64,000 nt of DNA. Source: an uncultured beta proteobacterium. Lineage in GTDB: Bacteria; Pseudomonadota; Gammaproteobacteria; Burkholderiales; Casimicrobiaceae. The position numbers and the translations under genes were made by a program. A model generated the notes under the pieces. That model was not told the origin of the DNA, searched no databases, and worked only from the letters and a program-made list of their open reading frames with translations. Location of the stretch: the NCBI GenBank assembly GCA_963836265.1, contig CAWIIO010000002.1, positions 74,215-138,214 on the forward strand, read 5' to 3'. Numbering within the stretch: the first letter of the stretch is position 1; each line of letters opens with the position of its first letter. This document shows, one piece after another, positions 55,249 through 64,000 of this stretch.

Positions 55249-55866
55249 ATGATCGACTTCTATACGTGGCAGACGTCCAACGGCCAGCGCGCCGCGATCC
55301 TGCTCGAGGAATGCGGCTTTGCCTATGACGTGCACAAGGTCGACCTTGCCAAAGGCGAGCAGCGGAGCCCGGGGTTCCTCGAGATAAATCCCGCCGGTGC
55401 GATTCCGGTGATCGTCGATTGGGACGGCCCCGGCGGCAAGCCGGTGACGCTCGCGCAATCGGGCGCGATCGAGCTCTATCTCGCCGAGAAGGCCGGCCGC
55501 TTCGTTCCCGCGGATCCGGCGCGGCGGGCGAGCGCGTACCAGTGGTTCATGCAGGCGCTCACCGACTGCGCAACCAGCTCGACGGGAATCTTCTTTTGCA
55601 ACGTCCTTCTGCCCGAGAAGTCGGCGGCCAACGTCGCGTGGTTCGAGAAGCGTCTCACGAGCCAGTTCCGGCTCGCCGACGCGCGGCTCGCGACCCACGA
55701 ATGGCTGGCAGGGGAGTTGTCGCTGGCCGATTTGGCGCTCTATCCGGTCTACGCGGTGCGCAAGGCGCTCGCCGACGCGGCGGGCGACCTGCCGCACCTT
55801 GCCCGCTGGGGGGCGGCGCTCGCGACGCGACCGGCTGTCGCGAAAGCGATGCAGATCGCAGCCTGA
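55249..55866 (+). CDS. glutathione S-transferase family protein
   Basis: MIDFYTWQTSNGQRAAILLEECGF...INPAGAIPVIVD...ESGAIELYLAEK-like GST N-domain plus a helical C-domain. TTG at 55234 is an alternative start. Confidence 0.85.
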   Translation: MIDFYTWQTSNGQRAAILLEECGFAYDVHKVDLAKGEQRSPGFLEINPAGAIPVIVDWDGPGGKPVTLAQSGAIELYLAEKAGRFVPADPARRASAYQWFMQALTDCATSSTGIFFCNVLLPEKSAANVAWFEKRLTSQFRLADARLATHEWLAGELSLADLALYPVYAVRKALADAAGDLPHLARWGAALATRPAVAKAMQIAA

Positions 55867-56036
55867 CGCTTCACTGCCGCGTCTCGCGCCACGGGGGCGC
55901 TCGGCCAATTGGAGGCGTCGGGTGCGAGGCTCCGACTGCTCCGGGTTTCGCGCGAGCCACGACCGAATCGGGTACGACGCTATCGAGACAGCGGGAAGTG
56001 CCACCACGTTCGGGCGGCGAGTCGCGGCGAGCGCCG

Positions 56037-57062
56037 TCACGGCTCCCGGGCTCGCGCGGTGCTCTCGCCCGCGGGGGGGAGCGGCCGCGTTGGCGGCAGG
56101 TTCTTCGCGACAAGATAAAGCGGCCGCTGCTTGACCTCGATGAACATCCGCGCCAGGTATTCGCCGATGATGCCGAGCGCCATCAATTGGAGCCCCCCGA
56201 GGAAGAGGATCAGCGTAACCAGCGTCGGGAAGCCGCGTGCGGGGTCGCCGAAGATGAGTGTCTTGACGATGAAGTAGACGCCGTACGCGAAGGCGAGGAG
56301 GGCCGTCGCGAATCCGACGTAGCTTGCGACCTTGAGGGGAACGACCGAAAACGACGTGATGCCCTCGAGCGCGAAGTTCCACAGTCGCCAGTAGCTCCAC
56401 TTGGTCTTGCCCGCATAGCGGCCGTCGCGGTCGTAAACGATCTCCCTGCAGGGGAAGCCGATCCACGCGAATAAGCCCTTCATGAACCGGCTGCGCTCGG
56501 GGAAGCGAGCGAGCGCCTCGACGGCACGCCGCGACAGGAGCCGGAAGTCCCCGACATTCTCCGGGATTTCGATGGTGCCGATGCCGCCGATCGCGCGATA
56601 GAAGGCGCGCGCCGTTGCCTTCTTGAACCAGCTTTCCTGCGCCCGGCTCGCACGGCGCATCAAGACGACGTCGTAGCCTTCCTGCCATGCGGCGATCATG
56701 TTCGGAATGAGCTCCGGCGGATCCTGCAGGTCGGCATCGATGACGACAACGGCGTCCCCCTGGGAATGATCGAGACCGGCGCTCATCGCGACTTCCTTGC
56801 CGAAGTTGCGCGAAAGGTCGACCACCGCGACACGGGGATCGCTGTCGTGGAACTTCACCAGGCACGCCATCGATCCGTCGCGGCTGCCATCGTTGACGTA
56901 GACGATTTCCGCGTCGGCCGGGAGGTTGTCGAGCACGGCCGCAAGCCGCTGGTGAAACGCGGGCAAAACGGCCTCCTCGTCGTATACGGGCACGACCACC
57001 GACAGCGAGGGGCGTCGGGTGCCGCGCGTCGAGCGGGTGGCGACTGCGGTCAGAACGTCCAT
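56037..57062 (-). CDS. family-2 glycosyltransferase, polyprenyl-phosphate sugar transferase type (GtrB/ArnC-like)
   Basis: LSVVVPVYDEE..., VNDGSRDGS, VIDADLQDPPELIP and two C-terminal TM helices, as in bactoprenol glycosyltransferases. Confidence 0.92.
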   Translation of the reverse strand: MDVLTAVATRSTRGTRRPSLSVVVPVYDEEAVLPAFHQRLAAVLDNLPADAEIVYVNDGSRDGSMACLVKFHDSDPRVAVVDLSRNFGKEVAMSAGLDHSQGDAVVVIDADLQDPPELIPNMIAAWQEGYDVVLMRRASRAQESWFKKATARAFYRAIGGIGTIEIPENVGDFRLLSRRAVEALARFPERSRFMKGLFAWIGFPCREIVYDRDGRYAGKTKWSYWRLWNFALEGITSFSVVPLKVASYVGFATALLAFAYGVYFIVKTLIFGDPARGFPTLVTLILFLGGLQLMALGIIGEYLARMFIEVKQRPLYLVAKNLPPTRPLPPAGESTARAREP

Positions 57063-57451
57063 GTGCGGTTCGCGAGGTAGCCGACGGCCAGCACGGCCCC
57101 GGTGGCTACGACCTGCGCGACGAGATAGTGAGGCCCCACGAGGGCGAGCACGGCGGCGAGCACGACGGCATTGAGCGCGACGCCGAGCACGGACACGGCA
57201 GCGAATCGCGGCAGCGCCGCGCGATGCGCCTTGCGGCTCGCGAACGTATAACGGTGGTTGAGGACGTAGTTGACGATCGCGCCGCCGATTGCGCCGGCGG
57301 TCGACGCGGCCACGGCGCCGACGCCTGCGAGTTGCACGAGCCCGATCAGCACCGCGTAATGGACGCTCGTGCCGAGCGCACCGGCACCGCTGTAGCGCAG
57401 GAATTGGGGCGTGATGGGCGCGGGCAAGGGGTCGGGCACTCGCGGCGGCAT
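57050..57451 (-). CDS. GtrA family membrane protein
   Basis: FLRYSGAGALGTSVHYAVL...NYVLNHRYTF...YLANRTWTF with four TM segments. The start at MPPRVP is preferred because the upstream part of the track ORF is occupied by a terminator hairpin. Overlaps the GT2 start by 13 nt. Confidence 0.85.
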   Translation of the reverse strand: MPPRVPDPLPAPITPQFLRYSGAGALGTSVHYAVLIGLVQLAGVGAVAASTAGAIGGAIVNYVLNHRYTFASRKAHRAALPRFAAVSVLGVALNAVVLAAVLALVGPHYLVAQVVATGAVLAVGYLANRTWTF

Positions 57452-57551
57452 CGGGCGATGGTCTGGCAGCAGCGCGAAGGCGGAGCGACGAAGTGGAACT
57501 CTATCGCCTCGACGCCGGCTTGTCCGCAGCTGGTTGTTGCGGCGCGGCGCG

Positions 57552-57592
57552 TGGAAGAACAACGGCCGGCGGGGCGAACCCGGCCGGCCGTG
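57552..57592 (-). terminator. putative rho-independent terminator of the SWIB gene
   Basis: On the minus strand, CGGCCGGC cgggttcgcccc GCCGGCCG is followed by TTGTTCTTC. Confidence 0.5.
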
Positions 57593-57631
57593 CGATCACT
57601 TCCCTGGTGAAGGGGACGGTCGTCGTTTCGA

Positions 57632-58033
57632 CTATTTCAGATGGTTCGAGACGAGCTTGGTCATCTCGAACATCGACACCTGCTTCTTGCCGCCGAACAC
57701 GGCGCGGAGCTTTTCGTCGGCGTTGATCAGGCGCTTGTTGAGGGAATCCTGCAGCCTGTTCTTCTTGATGTAGTCCCAGATTTTCTTCGTGACGTCGGTA
57801 CGCGGCATCGGCATCGCTCCGATGACGGCGGCGAGCACCGAGGATGGCGTCATCGGTTTCATGAACGCGGCGTTTGGTTTGCGCTTTGCCGTGGACTTCT
57901 TGGCGGGCTTCTTGGCCGGAGCCTTCTTCGCGGGTGCCTTCCTGGCGGCGGGTTTCTTCGCGGCGGGCTTCTTGGCGGGTTTCTTGGCGGGCTTCTTGGC
58001 AGGCTTCTTTGCTGCTTTCTTGGCAGTAGCCAT
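57632..58033 (-). CDS. SWIB/MDM2-domain protein with histone-H1-like Lys/Ala/Pro-rich N-terminal tail
   Basis: ATG at 58033 follows GGAAGGAG. The N-terminal MATAKKAAKKPAKKPAKKPAKKPAAKKP... tail is followed by MTPSSVLAAVIGAMPMPRTDVTKKIWDYIKKNRLQDSLNKRLINADEKLRAVFGGKKQVSMFEMTKLVSNHL, the SWIB fold signature. The track ORF extension to 58405 is rejected. Confidence 0.9.
   Translation of the reverse strand: MATAKKAAKKPAKKPAKKPAKKPAAKKPAARKAPAKKAPAKKPAKKSTAKRKPNAAFMKPMTPSSVLAAVIGAMPMPRTDVTKKIWDYIKKNRLQDSLNKRLINADEKLRAVFGGKKQVSMFEMTKLVSNHLK
57893..58024 (-). repeat. in-frame tandem 12-nt-type repeats encoding (A/P)AKK(P) units
   Basis: On the plus strand there are reiterated ggcgggcttcttggc / ggcgggtttcttggc units. 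Confidence 0.7.
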
Positions 58034-58745
58034 AGTTCTCCTTCCTATGAGTAGATGCTCAACACACGGCGCTGAACACTCTGAAGCAGATCGTCCTGTC
58101 CCGGGTATTCCTGCTCCATCGGCGGCAACTATAGCGCAATTCCAGGGGAAGGGAATCCCTTGCAAGGGGTTTTTTCCAGGAGGAGCGCACCGGTGTTGCA
58201 TCGGGGGCGAGGCGCGATGAATGCATCGTGCGTGCCGGACGGCCGTCCGCCGGCGACCGGATGCCGCACCGATGCGGTGCCCGATCGTCGACGGATGTCC
58301 GGATCGCGACCGCTGGCAGCGTCGACGAAGAATGCACGGACCCGCGGCACGACGACGAACGACTGCGGGGACGCGCCGCGACCGGGCAACCGGCACCGGA
58401 TCCAATGCTTCACGCCAAGCCCGACAACGGTCGGCGGCGGCGAATCGCGAGGAGCGGCTACGCTGCGCCGACGAGCGCCTGGAGCTGCACCTGGCGGCCA
58501 GGGCCCGGCGTCAAGTGAGCCAACAAGCGCGAGCGGCACCGACTTCTCCCGACGGGGACTTCGAAAACACGCGCGGCGCGCGTGGGCAGCACGCTTCGCG
58601 CGGCGAGCGCGGGACCCCGCGAGATCGCCGGCGACGGCCACGGCTGGTTTGGAGCGGCCGACATCGCCGCGAATGTCGCTGCGCACAACGGCGAGCGCCG
58701 GTTCCGCGGCCGCGCTGATTGGCAGCGCCACCCGGGATTGCGACA

Positions 58746-59531
58746 ATGACCATTTCTCACCGCGTGTTCGGAGCCGCCATGACACCGCCCTGCCGCCTTG
58801 GTGTCGCCGTGATTCTCTTTTCGCTTTGTCTCCGTGCTGCGCTGGCGGCGGGTCTCACGTTCCTGACCGAGGAGAACCCGCCATTCAATTACACCGAGGG
58901 CGGCAAGCTCACCGGCGCGGGGACCGAAATCGTCCGCCAGATCGCGAGCCGCGCCGGCATCCCGATCAAGACCGAGGTGCTGGCGTGGGACACCGCGTTC
59001 GTTCGCGCGCAAGCCGAGAAGAACGCGTGCCTGTTCTCGACTGCCCGCCTCGAAAATCGGGAACGCCTCTTCCTCTGGGTCGGCCCGATCGCGACCAATC
59101 TGTGGGGGCTGTTCGGGAAAAAAGATTTCGGGCTGCCGATCAAGACGCTGAAGGACCTGACCCCCTACAAGATCGGGGTGGTCACACACGACGCGAAGGG
59201 GGATTTCCTGCGCGAGAACGCCGTCACGAATCTCAAGTTCGTCCGGGACGACCGCGAGAATCCGCCGCGGCTCATGTTGCCGCCGGACAACCCGGACCAC
59301 ATCGACCTCTGGATCACGGGACTCTACTCGGCCCGTGAAATCGCGAAGGCGGCCAGGGTGACCGGCATCAAGCTCGTGTTCATCGCTGCCGAGCAGCCGC
59401 TCTATCTCGCCTGCAATCCGCAAACCGATCGCGCGACCGTCAAGGCGCTCTCCGACGCCCTCGAGACACTCAAGGGCGACGGCACGCTGGCACGGATCAA
59501 CGCCGCTTACGAAAAGAAGTTCGGGCAATAG
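58746..59531 (+). CDS. periplasmic substrate-binding protein, family 3 (amino-acid/polar solute type), orphan
   Basis: A signal peptide (…VAVILFSLCLRAALAAG) is followed by LTFLTEENPPFNY...AWDTAF, typical of SBP_bac_3. No transporter genes are adjacent. Confidence 0.85.
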   Translation: MTISHRVFGAAMTPPCRLGVAVILFSLCLRAALAAGLTFLTEENPPFNYTEGGKLTGAGTEIVRQIASRAGIPIKTEVLAWDTAFVRAQAEKNACLFSTARLENRERLFLWVGPIATNLWGLFGKKDFGLPIKTLKDLTPYKIGVVTHDAKGDFLRENAVTNLKFVRDDRENPPRLMLPPDNPDHIDLWITGLYSAREIAKAARVTGIKLVFIAAEQPLYLACNPQTDRATVKALSDALETLKGDGTLARINAAYEKKFGQ

Positions 59532-59533
59532 CT

Positions 59534-60511
59534 ATGGCCCGCCTTGGCCGGATGCGACTGCCGCGATCAATGGAGGTGGTTCTCGCGAGTGCGCTTCTCG
59601 CGGGGCTCGCCTGCGAGCTCGCGCACTCGGCCGACCTGTCTCCAGGCGCCTCGGCTGTGCGCGCGCGCGCCCCGTTCAGCCGCGGCCTGCTTTTCCGCCT
59701 GGACAAACCGGCCGTTGCGCCCTCCTGGGTCTTCGGCACCGTCCACTCCGGTGATCCTCGCGCGGCGGCGCTCGCGAAGCCGGTGCGCGACGCGTTCGCC
59801 GCGGCACGGACGCTCGCGGTCGAAATCCGCCTGGGCGAAGGCGATGTCGAGGCGTTCTTCGCCGCCGCGCAGTTCGACGACGGCCGGCGGCTCGGCGATT
59901 TCTTCGCTCCGGCGACGATCGCGGAAATCCGGATCGCGCTCGGCATGGCCGTGCGGGACGAGGCCACGCTGCTGCGCCTCAAGCCCTGGGCGATCCTGCT
60001 CAAGCTCGCCGAGCGGCCGGCCGCAGCCGGCGATCGCGGCCGGACGCTCGACGCGGTCCTCATGGACGAGGCGATCATGCGCAAGATGACCGTCGTCGGA
60101 CTTGAGCTGCCCGACGAACAGATTGCCGCGTTCGACGCGATTTCGATGCCGACGCAGGTCGCGCTCGTCAAGTTGGTGCTGGCGGATCGCGAAGCGCTCA
60201 CGCGCGACCACGATGCGGTCGTGGCGGCGTGGCTCGACCGGGACCTCGCGCGGCTCGCTGCGTTGAGCGCGGAGCCCGCGCGGCTCCACCCGGAGCTCGC
60301 GCCGCACCTCGCGGAGCTTACGCGGCACCTCGTCGACGACCGTTCGGTCGTGATGGCGCATCGGCTCTTCCTGCCGCTGCGCGCCGGGCGGGTATTCGTG
60401 GCCGTCGGGGCGCTGCACCTGTATGGCGAGCGCAGTCTCCTCGCGCTGCTGCGGGCGCAGGGTTATCGGGTGCGGCGCGTCTATCGCGGCGCACGCAGGA
60501 GCGCGCGGTAG
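59534..60511 (+). CDS. TraB/GumN family protein
   Basis: Signal peptide followed by LLFRLDKP...SWVFGTVHSGD...LDAVLMDEA...FVAVGALHLYGERSLLALLRAQGYRV, the GumN/TraB pattern. Starts 2 nt after the SBP stop. Confidence 0.85.
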   Translation: MARLGRMRLPRSMEVVLASALLAGLACELAHSADLSPGASAVRARAPFSRGLLFRLDKPAVAPSWVFGTVHSGDPRAAALAKPVRDAFAAARTLAVEIRLGEGDVEAFFAAAQFDDGRRLGDFFAPATIAEIRIALGMAVRDEATLLRLKPWAILLKLAERPAAAGDRGRTLDAVLMDEAIMRKMTVVGLELPDEQIAAFDAISMPTQVALVKLVLADREALTRDHDAVVAAWLDRDLARLAALSAEPARLHPELAPHLAELTRHLVDDRSVVMAHRLFLPLRAGRVFVAVGALHLYGERSLLALLRAQGYRVRRVYRGARRSAR

Positions 60512-60554
60512 AATGACGCCGTCCTCCGCTTAACCACGCCGTGGCGGCCGTACC

Positions 60555-61205
60555 GTGAAGATCGCCGACCTGCGTACCGATTACATGCGCGAAACGCTCG
60601 ATGAGCGCGACGTCGCGCCCGATCCGCTCCGTCAGTTCGAGCACTGGTTCGACGAAGCGGTGAAAGCACAGGTGCCGGAGCCCAATGCCATGGCCCTTGC
60701 CACGGCCGACGCCGACGGCCGGCCGTCGGCACGGGTGGTGCTGCTCAAGGGCTACGACGAGCGCGGTTTCGTCTTCTTCACCAATTACGCGAGCCGCAAA
60801 GGTCGCGATCTGGCTGCACGCCCGCGCGCCGCGATGCTTTTCTTCTGGCCCGAGCTCGAGCGGCAGGTTCGCATCGAGGGCGCGGTCGCCAGGATCGACG
60901 AGGTGGAATCGACGGCCTATTTCGCAAGCCGGCCGCGCCCGGCGCGCTTGGGCGCGTGGGCGTCACCGCAAAGCGAGCCGATCGCCGGGCGCGGCGTGCT
61001 CGAGACACGCTTCGCGGCCGTCGAGGCGCAGTATCGGGGCGTCGGCGACGCCATTCCCCGGCCTCCGCATTGGGGCGGCTACCGGCTCGCCCCCGACGAG
61101 CTCGAATTCTGGCAAGGCCGGCCGTCACGGCTGCACGATCGCATCCGGTACCAGCGCAGCGCCACCCATCCCGCGCTCTGGACCATCGACCGGCTAGCGC
61201 CGTGA
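60555..61205 (+). CDS. pdxH: pyridoxamine 5'-phosphate oxidase
   Basis: [43 protein letters not shown] and [12 protein letters not shown]. Confidence 0.95.
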   Translation: MKIADLRTDYMRETLDERDVAPDPLRQFEHWFDEAVKAQVPEPNAMALATADADGRPSARVVLLKGYDERGFVFFTNYASRKGRDLAARPRAAMLFFWPELERQVRIEGAVARIDEVESTAYFASRPRPARLGAWASPQSEPIAGRGVLETRFAAVEAQYRGVGDAIPRPPHWGGYRLAPDELEFWQGRPSRLHDRIRYQRSATHPALWTIDRLAP

Positions 61206-61256
61206 GCTAGGGGCGCCGCCAAGCGCGGCGCGAGGACCGTCGCCTGCGCGGTGGCT

Positions 61257-61844
61257 TCAGCCTCGCTCGACCCCGCCGCGCTTCAGGCGCTCGCGGAACT
61301 GCTTGCGGAACTTGGCGACCTTCGGCTCGACCACCGCCGCGCAATACGGCTGCCCGGAATTGCGTTCGAAGTACTGCTGGTGATAGTTCTCGGCGACGTG
61401 GAACGGCGCCGCATCGGCGAGCTCCGTCACGATCGGATTGCACCACAGTTTGGCTGCGCCGAGCTCGGCGATCACGGCTTCGGCGGTCGCACGCTGCGCG
61501 GGGTTCTGGCAGAAGATCACCGACCGGTACTGGGTGCCCACGTCATTGCCCTGCCGGTTCGGCGTCGTCGGATCGTGGATCGTGAAGAAAACGCGAAGCA
61601 GGTCGCGGAACGAAAGTACCGCAGGATCGAAGGCGACGCGCACGACCTCCGCATGGCCGGTGCGGCCGCTGCAGACGTCGTCGTACGTCGGGTTGGCCGT
61701 GGTTCCGCCCGCGTAGCCCGACTCGACCGACTGCACGCCGGCCAGCTCGTCGAACACCGCCTCGAGACACCAGAAGCAACCGCCGCCGAGGACCGCGAAC
61801 TCGGTCGTGGGGGAGGGAGTGGAAGCTGTCATCGTGGTCTCCAT
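61257..61844 (-). CDS. msrA: peptide-methionine (S)-S-oxide reductase
   Basis: LGGGCFWCLEAVF, GYAGG and HDPTTPNRQGNDVGTQYRS. Confidence 0.95.
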   Translation of the reverse strand: METTMTASTPSPTTEFAVLGGGCFWCLEAVFDELAGVQSVESGYAGGTTANPTYDDVCSGRTGHAEVVRVAFDPAVLSFRDLLRVFFTIHDPTTPNRQGNDVGTQYRSVIFCQNPAQRATAEAVIAELGAAKLWCNPIVTELADAAPFHVAENYHQQYFERNSGQPYCAAVVEPKVAKFRKQFRERLKRGGVERG

Positions 61845-62108
61845 CCAAGTCAGGATCGGGCAAACGCGGACACCCGTGGAGAGCGGTCGTTTGCAGGCGC
61901 GGCTAGCTTACACGGATCGCGTCCCGAGTGACCCGGGAGCGGTCCTCGCGGATGCGATAATGCCGGCCGTCAAACGGGGAGACAACGGAATGATGCGAGT
62001 CGCCGAACGGAATGCCAGGGTACGCGGACTCGCGACGACCCCGTCCGCCGCTTTCGTCCGCGCGCTCGCGCGCTGCCTTGCGCGGCGATTCCTCCGAGCG
62101 CGCGACAG

Positions 62109-62933
62109 ATGGGGGCCGTGACGTTCGTCCGAGGCGTCGTCGCGAGGCTTACCGGAGTCGGGATGGCGCGCACGGCAGCCGCATTGTCGTTTACGACAGT
62201 GCTCGGGCTGGTCCCGCTGTTCACGGTTGCCTTCGTCTACGTCGCGCGTTACCCGCTCTTCCAGCAATGGCTGGACGCGCTGGAGCGCTTCCTCGTCCGC
62301 CACCTGCTTCCCGCCAGCAGCTCCGCGGTGCGGAGCTACATCACCGAATTCACGGCCAAGGCGGGCACGTTGCAGGGTGTCGGAATCGCATCGGTCATCG
62401 TCACGGCCGTCCTCCTGGTCGCCACGATCGAGCGAGAAATCAACGCGATCTGGGGCGCACGGGAACCGCGATCGATCATCCGTCGTGTTTTCGTTTACGC
62501 GGTCGGCGTCACTGCGGGGCCCCTGCTGATCGGCGCCGCCGTCTACTCGGCGACGTGGCTGCTCGAGGCGTCGGTGGCGCAGGTGCCGTTCGCAACGCGC
62601 GCGGCGGCCTTCCTCGCGGTGCTGTTGGCCGTCGCCATCACGACGCTCGCCTTCACGCTGCTCTATGTGTTGCTGCCGGCGCGTCGCGTGCCGCTCGGGG
62701 CGGCGTTGTATGGCGGCCTTTTCGCAGCGCTCGGATTCGAAATCGCCAAGTACGGCTTCGGGTTCTACATCAAGGCAGTGCCCACGTACCAGACGGTCTA
62801 TGGCGCGCTTGCGGCATTGCCGCTGTTTCTGGCGTGGGTCTACGTGTCATGGGTCGTCGTCCTCGTCGGCGCGGCGATTGCCGCAACGCTGGCCGAAGGC
62901 GGCCCGCGCGGACGAGAACGAAGGCGTCACTGA
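62109..62933 (+). CDS. YihY/BrkB family membrane protein
   Basis: AAALSFTTVLGLVPLF, EREINAIWG and the C-terminal YGALAALPLFLAWVYVSWVVVLVGA are typical YihY motifs. Confidence 0.88.
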   Translation: MGAVTFVRGVVARLTGVGMARTAAALSFTTVLGLVPLFTVAFVYVARYPLFQQWLDALERFLVRHLLPASSSAVRSYITEFTAKAGTLQGVGIASVIVTAVLLVATIEREINAIWGAREPRSIIRRVFVYAVGVTAGPLLIGAAVYSATWLLEASVAQVPFATRAAAFLAVLLAVAITTLAFTLLYVLLPARRVPLGAALYGGLFAALGFEIAKYGFGFYIKAVPTYQTVYGALAALPLFLAWVYVSWVVVLVGAAIAATLAEGGPRGRERRRH

Positions 62934-62998
62934 CGTTTGTTGCAGAATATCCGGGGCCACGCTACATTGCGGGCAGCTTTTTAGCGAGGTAGAGCCAC

Positions 62999-63604
62999 GT
63001 GTGGTCCATCATTCAAGCGGCTGGCTGGCCGATCTGGCCGCTGATCCTGGCATCGGTCATTGCGCTGGCGCTGATCTTCGAGCGCCTGTGGTCGCTGCGG
63101 CAAAGCCTTGTCGCGCCGCCCGGCCTCGTCGATCGGGTGCTCGCCGAGTACCGGCAGGGCGGCCTCACCCCGGAGCTCCTGACGAAGACTGCGCAGCAGG
63201 GACCCCTCGGCCGGATCCTTGCCGCCGGCCTTGCGAACGTGAAAAGCCCGCGGCCGGTGATGCGTGAAGCGATCGAGGAAGTCGGGCGTGTGGTCACCCA
63301 CGACCTCGAGCGGTTTCTGACCACGCTCGGCACCATCGCCGCGATGTCGCCGCTGCTGGGTCTCTTCGGCACGGTCGTCGGCATGATCGAGATCTTCGGC
63401 TCCCAAACGGCCGCCGGCTCGAACCCGATTCAGCTCGCGCATGGCATCTCGGTCGCCCTGTACAACACGGCGTTCGGCCTGATCGTCGCGATCCCGAGCA
63501 TGATCTTCTACCGCCATTTTCGCGCGACGATCGACAGCCTGCACGTCGAGATGGAGCAGCAGGCGATCAAGCTCGTCGACTTCGCGCACGGCGAGCGCCG
63601 GTGA
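62999..63604 (+). CDS. exbB: MotA/TolQ/ExbB proton-channel family protein
   Basis: GTG lies 9 nt after GAGG. Three TM segments, with LGTIAAMSPLLGLFGTVVGMI and ALYNTAFGLIVAIP. Confidence 0.88.
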   Translation: MWSIIQAAGWPIWPLILASVIALALIFERLWSLRQSLVAPPGLVDRVLAEYRQGGLTPELLTKTAQQGPLGRILAAGLANVKSPRPVMREAIEEVGRVVTHDLERFLTTLGTIAAMSPLLGLFGTVVGMIEIFGSQTAAGSNPIQLAHGISVALYNTAFGLIVAIPSMIFYRHFRATIDSLHVEMEQQAIKLVDFAHGERR

Positions 63605-63713
63605 ACGGGACAGGGAGCCTCCCGGGCTTTCCATGCGCTGCGCCTCGTTTCGCGCATCCCATCCCGAAAGTGACCCGTAGCGACCGCGCGCGACTCGTTC
63701 GGAGGTTCCCTAG

Positions 63714-64000
63714 ATGAATTTGCGCAGCACCCGGGGGCGCGACGACCCGGAGATCAACTTCATCCCGCTGATCGACGTCCTGCTCGTCATCCTGATCTTC
63801 CTGATGGTGACGACGACCTACCAGCGCGTCGCGGAGCTGCAGATCACGCTGCCGGAGGCCGACGCCGAAGCGCTGAAGCAGCGGCCGAAGGAGATCAACG
63901 TCGGCGTCGATGCCCAGGGCCGCTACGTCATCGACAAGACGGTGTTCACGTTCAGCAATGTCAGCGCCCTCGCCGATCTGTTGAAGCGCGCTGCCGGCGA
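63714..64000 (+). CDS. exbD: biopolymer transport protein ExbD/TolR (3' end beyond window)
   Basis: ATG follows GGAGG. Translation reads MNLRSTRGRDDPEINFIPLIDVLLVILIFLMVTTTY...ITLPEA, the ExbD N-terminal TM signature. Confidence 0.88.
   Translation, partial: MNLRSTRGRDDPEINFIPLIDVLLVILIFLMVTTTYQRVAELQITLPEADAEALKQRPKEINVGVDAQGRYVIDKTVFTFSNVSALADLLKRAAG

Noticed and set aside
61990-62121. 43-codon ORF (MMRVAERNARVRG...FVRALARCLARRFLRARDRWGP) that superficially resembles a YihY N-terminus and overlaps the yihY start in another frame, raising the possibility of a frameshift
   Set aside because: The in-frame N-terminus from ATG 62109 (MGAVTFVRGVVARL...AAALSFTTVLGLVPLF) already aligns with the usual YihY N-terminal pattern, so no frameshift is needed.

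Overview
GC-rich chromosomal window with strong third-codon-position GC bias. That bias also creates many long spurious antisense ORFs in the six-frame track. The gene order (recN-nadK, divergent hrcA-hemH-grpE-dnaK-dnaJ, queA-tgt-yajC-secD-secF) suggests a betaproteobacterium, Burkholderiales- or Rhodocyclales-like; this is inference only. Most of the window is core housekeeping: the heat-shock chaperone cluster, fumarate hydratase, acs, purB, Sec components, queuosine tRNA modification, tRNA-Leu(CAA), a giant NAD-glutamate dehydrogenase, folA, thyA, cobB, aroC, xseA, glnS, htpX, pdxH, msrA and exbBD. I saw no rRNA, CRISPR array, prophage or recognisable defence island.

The main lead is a GlrK/QseE-like kinase, lipoprotein and GlrR/QseF-like sigma-54 activator module (40250-44133) that lies between folA and thyA. 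It is followed by what looks like its own target: two perfect TGTC-N10-GACA sites, an AT-rich IHF-like tract, a sigma-54 -24/-12 promoter and a roughly 310-nt unit ending in a T8 terminator (44325-44856). This resembles the enterobacterial GlrR-glmY circuit, but the product may be a small RNA or a 65-codon, possibly leaderless, peptide.

Other points worth a second look:
- an adenylate cyclase-STAND ATPase-TPR fusion
- an IPTL-CTERM secreted protein inserted between tgt and queA
- a roughly 945-1019 aa LamG / sugar-dehydrogenase-propeller / FG-GAP secreted protein next to an IS110-family element
- a SWIB-domain protein with a histone-H1-like AKKP repeat tail
- an inverted DnaA-box pair upstream of glnS
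- several unusually long non-coding gaps
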